Below the pieces are notes generated by a model, which saw nothing but the letters and a program-made list of their open reading frames with translations, did not search any database and was not told the origin of the DNA. Shown in pieces: positions 46,460 to 56,929 of a stretch of 64,000 nt of DNA. Position 1 is the stretch's first letter. Every line of letters starts with the position of its first letter. Both the position numbers and the translations under genes were made by a program. Source of the DNA: Desulfuromonadales bacterium (GTDB lineage: Bacteria; Desulfobacterota; Desulfuromonadia; Desulfuromonadales; SZUA-540); contig JAWSUS010000003.1 of NCBI GenBank assembly GCA_033549025.1, positions 1 to 64,000 on the forward strand. The letters are read 5' to 3'.

Positions 46460-49000
46460 TCATCCTGTCTCCTGCAGGCAGTCCTGCAGGTGCTTTAAAA
46501 CCTGTCCGGCTTTGGCATAACGCCGGGTCTGGGCTTTGGTCAGAAGTTTCTCGACTATCGGCAGGCAGCACGCCGGCACGTCGGGTGCGATTTCCCGCAA
46601 GGGAGTATAGGTGCCGTTGGCAATGGTGAACATGAGGGCGCCGAGGCTGTCTCCCCGGAAAGGCTTTTCACCGCTGAGCAGTTCGTATAACACAACCCCC
46701 AGTGAAAAGAGATCGGAGCGGCCATCCACCTTCTTGCCGGCCACCTGCTCGGGAGACATGTAGCTGGGCGTACCGAGGATGACTCCCGTCTGCGTCCGGG
46801 AGTTCGGCACCAGGCGGGCAATGCCGAAATCCGTGACTTTGACCTGGCCACTGCTCGTGAGCATGATGTTGCCGGGCTTGATATCGCGGTGGACGACTTC
46901 GTGCTCGTGAGCGTATTCGAGCGCGGCGGCCACCTTGGAGACAATGCGGAGCACCTCGGCCGGGCCTAGCAGGCGTCCTTTCTGGCAGTGCCGGCTCAAA
47001 TCCCCGCCCTCCAGCAGTTCCATGGCCATGTAGGCCATATCATGGTCCTCACCCACATCGTATATGGTGACGATATTGGGGTGGTTGAGACGACCGGCGG
47101 CTTCCGCCTCGCGAAAAAAGCGCTCCTTGACCTCGGCCAGTTTTTCCGGCTCGATCGCGGCGTAGCTGAGGGTCTTGATGGCCACTTCACGGTTGATTCG
47201 GGGATCCCGGCCCAGATAGACGGTCCCCATGGCCCCCTGCCCCAGTTCCCGCAGCACCTCGTAGCGTCCCAAAGTCGGTGTTATCGCGCCGGGATCAAGA
47301 ACCAGGGTCGACTCCTGTTTGCCGTTGGCGCCGAAACTGACCGGAGACGTCCCCTGGCGCAGCTTTGCCAGCCGGGCGGCAACATCCCTGAATTTTCCCT
47401 GTCGTGCGATGTGTTCGTAAACCGTGACGGCTTTAGGAAACATTCTCTTACGCTCAAAATCAAGGCCAAGATGATAGAGCAACTCCCGCACGGAAGGATC
47501 ACGGGGCGGACAGGCAATGAATTTTTCCAAAGCCAGATCGAGCATTCCCTGCCCCTGGAAGGCTACCCCCTGCAGTTTGTTGGCAATCGTCTTCTCGCTG
47601 TGCTCCCGGGTGACAGCCAGCCAGCGAAAAAACCCAAGAAACGCAAAACCGGCCACCGCAAAGCAGGTCGCGGAGAGGGGCGACACCCAATAGCCGAGTG
47701 ACACCAGTAGGGCGCTGCTCAGGGCGTACCAGGTTGCCAGAAAAATGGTCAGAATCACAGCCCCCATGCGCAGGCTGATGCGGGGCAGAACCAGAAGCAG
47801 AAAGAAGCCGAAGTAGAAAAGAACCGCCACCTCCAGCCCCCACCCCCAGGGGGGGATAGACAGGGTCGCCCCCGCCAGAATCGTCGTCACCGCCCGGGCG
47901 CCAAGGTAAACGGCCGGCAGCTGCTCCCCGCCGGGCCCAGTCAGCAAAGTGGCGGTCTCGGGGGCCGAAAGACCGATGAGAACGGTCTTACCCTGCAAGG
48001 CCCCTGGAGAGATCTCCCCGGCCAGGAGGCGCGCAGCGGAGAAGACCGCCACCGCGTCCCCAGTGGAGTCCGGGTGAAGCAGCAGACGGAAACCCGGGTC
48101 CGTGGGGATGCGCACCGCGTTCATTTCGAGCCCGAAAAAATCGCGTCGGTCATCCACTATCTTCCATTTTGATGGAGGTGCCCCCAAAGAGACGGCGGCC
48201 AAACTCAAGGGCAACGAGGGGACAAAACGGTCGCCAACCGCGACAAAGAGGGGCGTTTTTCTGACCGATCCGTCTTCATCGGGCAGCACAAGCGAATGAC
48301 CAAGGGCCGCAGCGGCGCTGGCCAGGGGCGTGTAGGGCGAAACGATCGCCGTAGGCCGGGGCAGAGGAGTGGCCATGGCGGCAAGCGGATGACGCAGAGT
48401 TCCCAAAAGAGCGGGCAGATCCATGGTCATGTCGGGGGCGGCTAGGGTCCAGGGGGGGTGACCCGCCAAAGGAATCGCCGGACGGGCTTCGTCGGTAGAA
48501 AACTCGCAGAGCACGGGCAGAACGACTTTGCCGGCCGCCAGGGCGCGCGCCAGGGCCGCATCGCCATGCAGATCTGTCTCGATCTGCTCAAGGGAAACGG
48601 CCAGCCTCTCGTCGGTCGCTGAAATCGCCGACGCATTCGCGGAGAGAACCTGCTTCTTCAGTTCTCGAACCCGCTCCAGGGCCGGCACGGCCTCCGGATA
48701 GTTCAGTGGAAGATAGATCCCGATGGCACGGACCTTTTGCGCCGTCAGGCGTTCCACCAGGTGAGCCAGAACACTGCGCGGCCAGGGCCAGGCTCCCAGT
48801 TCGGCCAGGCTGTCCCGATCAATGGTCACAACGGCAACCTGCCCGCTGGCCGGGGCGGTTCGATAACGGCTGAGAGCGTCCAACAGGGGATAGTCCAGAC
48901 GACGCAGCTGAGGGGCGTTAAACAGAATGGCCGCCAGAACCAGCAGCAGAAGGAGCAGTCCGGCAAACCAGGGGGCAAAAATGCGACGAGATAGCATCAT
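46460..49000 (-). CDS. CHASE2-domain membrane Ser/Thr protein kinase
   Basis: ID..SL..LGAWPWPRS and PDEDGSVR (CHASE2); 3 TM; kinase motifs LGQGAMG, VAIK, HRDIKPGN, DFG, GTPSYMSPEQ. Confidence 0.92.
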   Translation of the reverse strand: MMLSRRIFAPWFAGLLLLLLVLAAILFNAPQLRRLDYPLLDALSRYRTAPASGQVAVVTIDRDSLAELGAWPWPRSVLAHLVERLTAQKVRAIGIYLPLNYPEAVPALERVRELKKQVLSANASAISATDERLAVSLEQIETDLHGDAALARALAAGKVVLPVLCEFSTDEARPAIPLAGHPPWTLAAPDMTMDLPALLGTLRHPLAAMATPLPRPTAIVSPYTPLASAAAALGHSLVLPDEDGSVRKTPLFVAVGDRFVPSLPLSLAAVSLGAPPSKWKIVDDRRDFFGLEMNAVRIPTDPGFRLLLHPDSTGDAVAVFSAARLLAGEISPGALQGKTVLIGLSAPETATLLTGPGGEQLPAVYLGARAVTTILAGATLSIPPWGWGLEVAVLFYFGFFLLLVLPRISLRMGAVILTIFLATWYALSSALLVSLGYWVSPLSATCFAVAGFAFLGFFRWLAVTREHSEKTIANKLQGVAFQGQGMLDLALEKFIACPPRDPSVRELLYHLGLDFERKRMFPKAVTVYEHIARQGKFRDVAARLAKLRQGTSPVSFGANGKQESTLVLDPGAITPTLGRYEVLRELGQGAMGTVYLGRDPRINREVAIKTLSYAAIEPEKLAEVKERFFREAEAAGRLNHPNIVTIYDVGEDHDMAYMAMELLEGGDLSRHCQKGRLLGPAEVLRIVSKVAAALEYAHEHEVVHRDIKPGNIMLTSSGQVKVTDFGIARLVPNSRTQTGVILGTPSYMSPEQVAGKKVDGRSDLFSLGVVLYELLSGEKPFRGDSLGALMFTIANGTYTPLREIAPDVPACCLPIVEKLLTKAQTRRYAKAGQVLKHLQDCLQETG

Positions 49001-49244
49001 GAAGTCATCCGGGGGAACAGGGACCTGAGGGCAGTCGGTATGTTCTAGCAAATTGCGTTCCACTGTGCACGGATGATGATCGCCGAATCGCCGACGGCCC
49101 CACGTGGTGGGTGACGCGGGGGAAACGCGAAAGGCGGCAGGTCCTGTGAAGGTCCTGCCGCCTGCCCTGTAGTAGGCCCAGGCCACGGGGGGAGAGACAA
49201 AAAAAGTCACCCATCACCTCCCCCGGCGCACGGGGAGCGGGATT

Positions 49245-51662
49245 TCAGCTTTTGTCGTTTTTATCGGCGTCTTTGCCCGCAGAAAACCGACGGAGCTGTT
49301 CAGCCATATCGCGCAGGCGCTTATCCACCAGAAAATTCACTGTCCCTTCCGGCCAACTGCCGTCATCCAGCAGCTCGCCGGCCGGCACACCCGTGAGGAT
49401 TTCGATCCCTTCGTCGATGGTGGACACCGACCAGATGCTGAATTTTCCTTCACGCACGGCGGCAATGACCTCATCGTGCAGCATGAGGTTCTTTCGATTC
49501 TGCACCGGGATGATCACCCCCTGCTCCCCCGTCAGGCCCTTGGCTTTGCAGACGGCAAAAAACCCTTCGATCTTTTCGTTGACCCCGCCGATAGGCTGGA
49601 TCTGCCCGCGCTGGTTGACCGAGCCCGTCACGGCGATGCCCTGGCGAAGGGGCAGGCGGGAGAGGGAGGAGAGCAGGCCGTAGAGTTCGGCGGAAGAGGC
49701 GCTGTCCCCCTCCACCCCGGCGTAGGACTGCTCGAAGCCGATGGAAGCGGCAAAAGACAGGGGCTTGTCCTGGGCAAAGCGCTCGCCGAAAAAGCCGGTC
49801 AGAATCAGCACCCCTTTATCGTGAATGGGGCCGGAAAGTTTGACCTCCCGTTCGATATTGACCACCCCTCCCTTGCCCAGATAGGTCCGCACGGTCAGGC
49901 GTGAAGGTTTGCCGAAGGAGTAGTCACCCAGCAGATAGACGGAGAGGCCGTTGACCTGCCCGACCACTTCGCCCTCGGTATCGACCAGTATAGTGCCATC
50001 CTCGATGAATTCCTGCAGGCGCTCCTCGGTCTTGTTGGAGCGGTACACCTTGGCATCCACCGCCAGCTGCACATGGCTGCCATCCACGGTGGCACTTCCC
50101 TGTTGACCCGCATAGAAAGAGGCCTCCCGGATGATGTCCGCCAGGTCGATGAAGCGCGACGACAGGCGGTTCTGATCCTCGATGAGCCGGGCGGCGTACT
50201 CCACCACCCGCGCCACCCCGGCCGGCTTGAAGGGGAGCAGGTCCTCGTCCCGGCAGTGCGTCGCCACGAAGAGAGCGTACTGCTGCACGTTCTCCCAGGT
50301 GTTTTTCATCATGCGGTCGAAGTCGGCCTTCACCTTGAACAGCTTGCGGAAATCAGGATCGAGCTGGTAGAGGAGATAGTAGAGCATGGGGGTGCCGATG
50401 AGGATGATCTTGCAGTCGAGGGGGATGGGTTGCGGCTTGAGGGACACGGTGGAGATCAGGCGGTACTGCTCCATCAGATCCTCGATCTTGACCTCCTTGT
50501 TGCGGATGCAGCGCTTGAGGGCTTCGTAGGAGAAGAGATTGATCAGCACCTCGCGGCAGTCGAGAATGAGATAGCCGCCGTTGGCGCGATGAATGGCGCC
50601 GGGCTTGACCATGGTGAAATTGGTGGAGGCATTGCCCATCTGGATAATGTGTTCGATGCGGCCGAAGAGATTGAAGTACGTGGGGTTGGCTTCGTAGACG
50701 ACAGGCGAGCCTTTCTGTTCGCTGTTGTCGATAAACAGGTTCACCTTGTAGCGCTCGAAGACAGACTCCTGATCGTTGCCCTTCATGCCGGGGAGCATGA
50801 TCTGCGGCCCCTGGCTGGGACGGAAAGCGTCGATGTGTTCGAGGATATCCTTCTTGCAGTGGGCAAAGTGCTCGAGCACCTTTTCATACTTGCCGTACTT
50901 CTCTTCGAGCTCGTCGAAGAGATGACCGATGGCGGCCATCAGCACATCTTTTTCCATTTCTTCGGTGGCCGCCCGCAATTTCTTTTCCAGCTCCCGCACC
51001 CGCCGCAGCACCTCGTTGAGCTGCTCCTGCAGCACCTCTCCCTTTTTTTCGAGACTCGCCCGGTCCTTTTCGGAGAGCTCCTCGTATTCCTGCTGTGAGA
51101 TGGGATGACCGTCCTGGGTGGGCACCAGCACCAGTCCGCTCACGGTCCGCTGCAAAATGAAGCCTTCTTCGTTGACCTTCTCTTCCAGGGTCTGAAAGAG
51201 CTTCTTGTGGCGTTCCTGGGATTGGGCGGCCAGGCGGTTCTTATGCTGCTCATATTCTTTGCTTTCAAAGATCTTGGGGATCTCCTCCGCCAGCCGGCCG
51301 ATAAGGCTGTCGACATCTTTCTGCAGCTCCTTGCCCTGTCCGGCCGGCAGACGCAGATAGGCGGGTCTGGCCCCGTCAGCGAAATCGTAGAGATAGCACC
51401 AGTCGTCCGGCACCGGCTCGCCGGCGGCCCGCGACTTGAGCATCTTCTTGATGGTGGAAGAGCGACCGGTGCCCGGTTCTCCAAGAATGAAAATATTGAA
51501 GCCGCTGTCCCCTATCCCCAGCCCGAATTCGATGGCTGTCAGGGCCCGATCCTGACCGATGGTTCCTTCCAGACAGGAGATGTCGCGGGTCGTGGTAAAT
51601 TCGAATTGGGCCGGATCGCAACGCCACGTCAGTTCCTCTGGAGCCAGTCGATGGGTATCCAC
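49245..51662 (-). CDS. Lon-like protease (LonC / AAA_32 type)
   Basis: IGQDRA, degenerate Walker A GEPGTGRS, HRANGGYL, catalytic GDSAS and GGVNEKIEGFF. Confidence 0.9.
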   Translation of the reverse strand: MDTHRLAPEELTWRCDPAQFEFTTTRDISCLEGTIGQDRALTAIEFGLGIGDSGFNIFILGEPGTGRSSTIKKMLKSRAAGEPVPDDWCYLYDFADGARPAYLRLPAGQGKELQKDVDSLIGRLAEEIPKIFESKEYEQHKNRLAAQSQERHKKLFQTLEEKVNEEGFILQRTVSGLVLVPTQDGHPISQQEYEELSEKDRASLEKKGEVLQEQLNEVLRRVRELEKKLRAATEEMEKDVLMAAIGHLFDELEEKYGKYEKVLEHFAHCKKDILEHIDAFRPSQGPQIMLPGMKGNDQESVFERYKVNLFIDNSEQKGSPVVYEANPTYFNLFGRIEHIIQMGNASTNFTMVKPGAIHRANGGYLILDCREVLINLFSYEALKRCIRNKEVKIEDLMEQYRLISTVSLKPQPIPLDCKIILIGTPMLYYLLYQLDPDFRKLFKVKADFDRMMKNTWENVQQYALFVATHCRDEDLLPFKPAGVARVVEYAARLIEDQNRLSSRFIDLADIIREASFYAGQQGSATVDGSHVQLAVDAKVYRSNKTEERLQEFIEDGTILVDTEGEVVGQVNGLSVYLLGDYSFGKPSRLTVRTYLGKGGVVNIEREVKLSGPIHDKGVLILTGFFGERFAQDKPLSFAASIGFEQSYAGVEGDSASSAELYGLLSSLSRLPLRQGIAVTGSVNQRGQIQPIGGVNEKIEGFFAVCKAKGLTGEQGVIIPVQNRKNLMLHDEVIAAVREGKFSIWSVSTIDEGIEILTGVPAGELLDDGSWPEGTVNFLVDKRLRDMAEQLRRFSAGKDADKNDKS

Positions 51663-51866
51663 TTTTGTCTCCCTCGTTTCAGGTTGGATAAATTCAACGT
51701 TTTCAGTGATTTTGACCTACTCCTGAAGTGTAGCAGCCAGCGGCCGGATCACAAGCCGCTGGCCGAGACCGCGCGTTTGTCGCGGAAAAGAGAACCCGGC
51801 GCATTGATCCCTGCCGTTCAGCAGGTATCCTTGTGGTTGGACATCCGACGCGCAGAAGGAGAAACC

Positions 51867-53951
51867 ATGGATAACCAGTACGTACGCTACACGGTAGAGG
51901 ACGGCATCGCCCGCGTCACTTTGGATTCCCCCGAGGGGAAGGTGAACCTCCTCAATGAAGAATTCCTCCAGGCCCTGGAACAGGTCGCCCTGGAACTGGA
52001 GCGGGATGAGGACCTCCGCGGGGCCATTATCCAAAGCGCCAAAGAGGCGGGCTTTATTGCCGGCGCCGACATCGGCAGTTTCACCAAGGTCACCTCCGCC
52101 GCCGAAGGGGCGGAGCTCGCCCGGCGGGGTCAGGAGATTCTCGACCTTTGGGCCGAGCTGCCCATCCCCACCGTCGCCGCCATCCACGGCCATTGTCTGG
52201 GAGGCGGGACAGAATTCGCCCTCGCCTGCACCAGCCGCGTCCTGGCCGAAGGTGCCCATCTGGCCCTGCCGGAAATAAAGCTGGGCATTCTCCCCGGTTT
52301 TGGCGGCACCCAGCGGCTGCCCCGTCTGGTCGGGCTGAGCAACGCCCTCGACCTCATTCTCAGCGGTCGCACCCTGTCGGCGACCAAGGCTCTGGACATG
52401 GGGTTGGCGGACGACTGCGTGGCGCCGACGGAACTGCAGAGCGCCGCCCTGGCCCTAGTGGAGAGGCTGGCGCAGGAGGGGGAACTGCCGCCATCCCAAA
52501 AGGACAGCGTCCGCACCTGGATGCTGGAGAGAAACCCCCTCGGGCGCGCGGCGCTCTTTCACCAGGCCCGTCAAAAGGTACTGGAAGAGACGGGCGGTCA
52601 TTATCCTGCCCCCCTGAAGGCGCTGGAGGTCATCAAACAGAGCTGGAACCTTCCCCTGGACCGTGGCCTTGAGCTGGAAGCCCAGGCTCTCGGCGAGCTG
52701 ATCGTCACCGAGGAATGCCGCAATCTGGTCCACGTCTTCTTTCTCAGCCAGCGCCCCAAAAAAGCCGGCGCTCCCCCCGGGACAGCCCGAAAGGTCGGGC
52801 AGGTCGGCGTTGTCGGCGCCGGCGTCATGGGCGCCGAAATCGCCCACCTTATGGTAGAGAAAGGGCTGGAGGTCACCCTGACGGACATCCGGCAGGAATC
52901 CGTCGACAAAGGACTGGCCCGGGCCCGGGAACTTTTCGGGCGCAAAAAGGCCGCCGAGGCACAGATCAACGAAAAGATGGCGCGGCTGAGCGGGCAGGTG
53001 GGCTACCAGGGCTTTTCCAAAATGGATCTGGTGGTTGAAGCCGTGGTTGAGAACATGGACATCAAGCAGTCCGTCCTGAAGGAGCTTGAAACGGTCCTCC
53101 CCACCCAGGCCCTCTTCGCCACCAACACCTCGGCCCTGTCGGTCACCGAACTGCAGAAGGTGGCCGAATACCCCGGCCGGGTGGCCGGCCTGCATTTTTT
53201 CAACCCGGTGCACCGCATGCCCCTGGTCGAGATCATTAAAGGACAGCACACCGAGGACGATACCCTCGCCACCCTGTTCGAAGCGGCCACACGGCTGGGC
53301 AAAACACCCATCCTGGTCGCCGATTCCCCCGGCTTTCTGGTCAATCGACTGCTGGGCGCCTACCTGAATGAGGCCTGCCTCCTCGCCGCCGCCGGAGTCA
53401 AGTGGACCTCTGTTGACAGACTGGCCAAAAAATTCGGGCTGCCTATGGGCCCCTTCCGACTCATCGACGAGGTCGGCATCGACGTGGCCTTCGAGGTCGG
53501 CAAAACCCTCGCCGAAGCCTTTCCTTATCTGCATCGCAGCCCCCTGCTCGATGAGGTCGCCAGCCGGGACCTTCTTGGCAAGAAGGGAGGCAAAGGATTC
53601 TATCTCTATGAGGCCGGCCAGGATCCCAAGCCCAACGAGGAGGTGAGCCCCATGGTCAATCTCTCCGCCGATCGGGAGGCTACTCAGGCTGACCTGCGCC
53701 GGCTGCTGCTCTTGATGGTCAACGAGGCAGGCCGCTGTCTTGATGAAAAGATTGTCGCTGGTCCCGAGGACATCGACACGGGCATGATCTTCGGCACCGG
53801 CTTCCCCCCCTTCACCGGCGGACTGTGCCGCTGGGCCGACCAGGAGGGGCTGCGGCGCCTCTTCCTGGAACTGACCGACCTGGAAGGGATTCTGGGGGAC
53901 CGCTTCGATCCCTGTGATTTCCTGAAAACCCACGAGCGCTTCTATCCCTGA
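51867..53951 (+). CDS. fadJ: Multifunctional enoyl-CoA hydratase / 3-hydroxyacyl-CoA dehydrogenase (FadJ/FadB-like)
   Basis: True start MDNQYVRY; FIAGADI, CLGGGTE, PGFGGTQRLPR, GAGVMG, TNTS, HFFNP, PMGPF. Confidence 0.88.
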   Translation: MDNQYVRYTVEDGIARVTLDSPEGKVNLLNEEFLQALEQVALELERDEDLRGAIIQSAKEAGFIAGADIGSFTKVTSAAEGAELARRGQEILDLWAELPIPTVAAIHGHCLGGGTEFALACTSRVLAEGAHLALPEIKLGILPGFGGTQRLPRLVGLSNALDLILSGRTLSATKALDMGLADDCVAPTELQSAALALVERLAQEGELPPSQKDSVRTWMLERNPLGRAALFHQARQKVLEETGGHYPAPLKALEVIKQSWNLPLDRGLELEAQALGELIVTEECRNLVHVFFLSQRPKKAGAPPGTARKVGQVGVVGAGVMGAEIAHLMVEKGLEVTLTDIRQESVDKGLARARELFGRKKAAEAQINEKMARLSGQVGYQGFSKMDLVVEAVVENMDIKQSVLKELETVLPTQALFATNTSALSVTELQKVAEYPGRVAGLHFFNPVHRMPLVEIIKGQHTEDDTLATLFEAATRLGKTPILVADSPGFLVNRLLGAYLNEACLLAAAGVKWTSVDRLAKKFGLPMGPFRLIDEVGIDVAFEVGKTLAEAFPYLHRSPLLDEVASRDLLGKKGGKGFYLYEAGQDPKPNEEVSPMVNLSADREATQADLRRLLLLMVNEAGRCLDEKIVAGPEDIDTGMIFGTGFPPFTGGLCRWADQEGLRRLFLELTDLEGILGDRFDPCDFLKTHERFYP

Positions 53952-54004
53952 GGGAAGGTTCACCTTCCACCGGGGAAAACGCCCCTACAAGAGGAGAATT
54001 CACC

Positions 54005-54391
54005 ATGAATCTGCACGACTATTTTGAAAACACCAAGGGCACGGGCATCCTTTCCACCGCGGACGACCAAGGCCGGGTCGACTGCGCCATCTATGCCCGC
54101 CCTCACGTCATGGACGACGGGAGCCTGGCGATGATCATGCTCGACCGACTCAGTCACCACAACCTGCAGTCGAACCCGCACGCCGCCTACATGTTCATCG
54201 AAGACGGTCCGGGCTACCGGGGCAAGAGGCTCTTTCTGACCAAGGTGCGCGAAGAGACCGACTCGCCCCTGATTGAAACCCTCAGCCGCCGCTACCCCGG
54301 CAAGCAGGACGATTTGCCGAAAACCCGCTATCTGGTTATTTTCCGGCTTGACAAGGAATTGCCCCTGATCGGATCAGGCCAGAGCGCCTGA
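54005..54391 (+). CDS. Pyridoxamine 5'-phosphate oxidase-like FMN-binding protein
   Basis: GILSTAD..G, NLQSNPHAA split-barrel pattern. Confidence 0.8.
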   Translation: MNLHDYFENTKGTGILSTADDQGRVDCAIYARPHVMDDGSLAMIMLDRLSHHNLQSNPHAAYMFIEDGPGYRGKRLFLTKVREETDSPLIETLSRRYPGKQDDLPKTRYLVIFRLDKELPLIGSGQSA

Positions 54392-54409
54392 TCCCCTGGA
54401 GACACCTGC

Positions 54410-55903
54410 ATGCTCACACAACGCGCCAGCGGCATCCTTCTGCACCCCACCTCCCTGCCGGGGCGATTTGGCCTCGGCAGTTTGGGCAAGGAAGCCCGCC
54501 GCTTCATCGACTTTCTGGCCGACAGCCAGCAGAGCGTCTGGCAGATTCTCCCCCTCGGCCCGACGGGGTACGGAGACTCACCCTATAACGCCCTGTCCGC
54601 TTTTGCCGGCAACACCCTCCTTATCGATCTGGACGAACTCGTTGCCCACGGGGATCTCGACACCGCCGACCTCCAGGGGATTGATTTTGAGGAAGGGGCC
54701 GCCCACTTCGAGCAGGTCCACGCTCTCAAGGAGAGGCTGCTGCGCAAAGGCGCGGCCACTTTTTTTCGGCGGGGCGGGACCGAACGCGCCAGCGCCTTTG
54801 ACCGCTTCAGTCAAGAGCAGGGCTATTGGCTGCACGACTATGCCCTTTTCAAGGCGCTGAGAGACCACTTTCAGCACAAGAGCTGGAACCAGTGGCCGGA
54901 AGCATTGCGGCGGCGCCAGGGGCAGGCGCTGGATTCCTGGAGTGAAGACCTGAGTGAGCCGATTGCCGTCGAGAAATACGCCCAATTCGTCTTCTTCGAG
55001 CAGTGGTTTGCCCTCAAAGAATACGCCAACAAGCGCGGGGTGCGGATTATGGGGGACATCCCTATCTTCGTCGCCTTTGATTCCGCCGACGTCTGGACCA
55101 ATTCCCAGCTTTTCTATCTGGATGAACACCAGCATCCGACCCTGGTTGCCGGCGTCCCTCCCGACTATTTCAGCGCAACCGGCCAGCGGTGGGGAAATCC
55201 CCTCTACAACTGGGAGCGCCTGCAGGAGCAGGATTTTTCCTGGTGGCTGGCGCGCTTCGGCTGGAACCTGACCCTGACCGACCTGGTGCGCATCGACCAC
55301 TTTCGCGGCTTCGAATCGTACTGGGCCATCCCCGCCGCGGATAAAACCGCCGTCGGCGGTCAGTGGCAGCCCGCGGCCGGCCGCCAGCTCTTCCAGGCGC
55401 TGCAGGCGGCTTTTGGCCCGCCCCCCCTTATCGCCGAGGATCTGGGGGTCATCACCCCGGAAGTAGAAGCCCTGCGGGACGACTTCGGTTTTCCCGGCAT
55501 GAAGATCCTGCAGTTCGCCTTCGGTTCAGGCCCGCAGAATCCCTACCTCCCCCACAACCTCACCCGGAACTGCGTCGTCTACACCGGCACCCACGACAAC
55601 AACACCACTCTCGGCTGGTGGAAGGCCCTGACAACGGCTGAAAAAAACGCCGTGAAAAACTATCTGGGGAGCAGCCTGCGCGCCATGCCCTGGGATCTGA
55701 TCCGCTGCGCACTGGCGAGCGTCGCGGGGCTGTGCGTGCTGCCCATGCAGGATATCCTCGGTCTTGACGCCTCAGCCCGCATGAACACCCCCGGCACCAG
55801 CCGGGGCAACTGGAGCTGGCGTTATCGCGGTGCAGAGCTGACGGCGGATAAAAGCGAGACCCTGGCAGAGATGACCCGACTCTACGGGCGCGCCCCCTTG
55901 TGA
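54410..55903 (+). CDS. malQ: 4-alpha-glucanotransferase (amylomaltase)
   Basis: GILLHPTSLP, WQILPLGP, RIDHFRGF, AEDLG, YTGTHDN, RMNTPG. Confidence 0.96.
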   Translation: MLTQRASGILLHPTSLPGRFGLGSLGKEARRFIDFLADSQQSVWQILPLGPTGYGDSPYNALSAFAGNTLLIDLDELVAHGDLDTADLQGIDFEEGAAHFEQVHALKERLLRKGAATFFRRGGTERASAFDRFSQEQGYWLHDYALFKALRDHFQHKSWNQWPEALRRRQGQALDSWSEDLSEPIAVEKYAQFVFFEQWFALKEYANKRGVRIMGDIPIFVAFDSADVWTNSQLFYLDEHQHPTLVAGVPPDYFSATGQRWGNPLYNWERLQEQDFSWWLARFGWNLTLTDLVRIDHFRGFESYWAIPAADKTAVGGQWQPAAGRQLFQALQAAFGPPPLIAEDLGVITPEVEALRDDFGFPGMKILQFAFGSGPQNPYLPHNLTRNCVVYTGTHDNNTTLGWWKALTTAEKNAVKNYLGSSLRAMPWDLIRCALASVAGLCVLPMQDILGLDASARMNTPGTSRGNWSWRYRGAELTADKSETLAEMTRLYGRAPL

Positions 55904-56079
55904 ACAAATGAGCTGTCCCGGCTGTGCATATGAACAGGGCCCAAAGGTGCGCTTAAACGATTTTATACCTGCCGGCTTGTGTATGGACAAACACTTATGG
56001 TAGATTCTCGCGAGTGTATTCATTAACAACCTGGAACTGCGGACGGTGGAACCGCCCGACCAACCCCTGGAGGATCTCC

Positions 56080-56844
56080 GTGAAAAAGACTCGTATTCTG
56101 CTGTTGTCCATTGCTGTAATGGCCCTGTTGGCCGCCGGCTGCAAGAACCAGAACAGCGAAACTCCCGCTGCCAGCCAACAACCCGCCGCGGCCCCGCAGG
56201 CCGAAGCCCAACAGGCTGCCGGCAAGTCCGGTACCGTCGTTGAAACCATGAACGCCGCCGGCTACACCTATGTTCAGGTCGACACCGGCAGTGAAAAGAT
56301 CTGGGCGGCCGCACCCGAATTTGCCGTCAAGGTCGGTGATGCCGTGGTCGTGCCCGAAGGCATGCCGATGGAAAACTACCACAGCAAAACCCTGGATCGG
56401 AACTTTGACCTCGTCTATTTCGTCGACGGCGTCCTTGTCGGCGGCGCTGCCCAGGCAGCCTCCCAGGAGGGTATGCCTGCCGGTCATCCCGACGTTCGCT
56501 CGCAGGCGCCTGCCGCCGACATCGACCTCAGCGGCATCACCAAGGCCGAAGGCGGTCAGACGGTGGCCGAAGTCTATGCAGCCAAGGCCGATCTGGCCGG
56601 CAAAACCGTCAACGTCCGGGGCAAAGTGGTTAAATTCAGCCCCCAGATCATGGGTAAGAACTGGATCCACCTGCAGGATGGCTCCGGTGCCGAAGGGACC
56701 AATGACCTGACCATCACCACCGCGGAGACCGCAAACGTGGGCGACACCGTCCTGATCAGCGGAGCCCTGGCGGTGGACAAGGATTTCGGCTATGGCTATC
56801 AATATGCCGTGATCGTTGAGGACGCCAAGGTTACCGTGGAGTAA
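56080..56844 (+). CDS. Lipoprotein with two OB-fold-like domains (NrfJ-like)
   Basis: LAAGC lipobox; GTVVETMNAAGYTY, IMGKNWIHLQDG, DFGYGY. Confidence 0.75.
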   Translation: MKKTRILLLSIAVMALLAAGCKNQNSETPAASQQPAAAPQAEAQQAAGKSGTVVETMNAAGYTYVQVDTGSEKIWAAAPEFAVKVGDAVVVPEGMPMENYHSKTLDRNFDLVYFVDGVLVGGAAQAASQEGMPAGHPDVRSQAPAADIDLSGITKAEGGQTVAEVYAAKADLAGKTVNVRGKVVKFSPQIMGKNWIHLQDGSGAEGTNDLTITTAETANVGDTVLISGALAVDKDFGYGYQYAVIVEDAKVTVE

Positions 56845-56865
56845 GCATCCTCACCAACCGAGCAC

Positions 56866-56906
56866 AAAAAAACGCCCCGAGCCAATAACGGCCGGGGCGT
56901 TTTTTT
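56866..56906. terminator. Bidirectional rho-independent terminator
   Basis: A7-CGCCCCG...CGGGGCG-T7 between convergent genes. Confidence 0.8.
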
Positions 56907-56929
56907 GTGCAGGCAGAGCGGTATGTGCA

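Noticed and set aside
49085..49240. c-di-GMP-I (GEMM) riboswitch, SRP RNA or 6S RNA
   Set aside because: The diagnostic conserved motifs could not be found by eye; kept only as an unassigned structure.
51105..51866. N-terminal extension of the 948-aa ORF
   Set aside because: Antisense to the Lon-like gene; the real start is ATG 51867 after AAGGAG.
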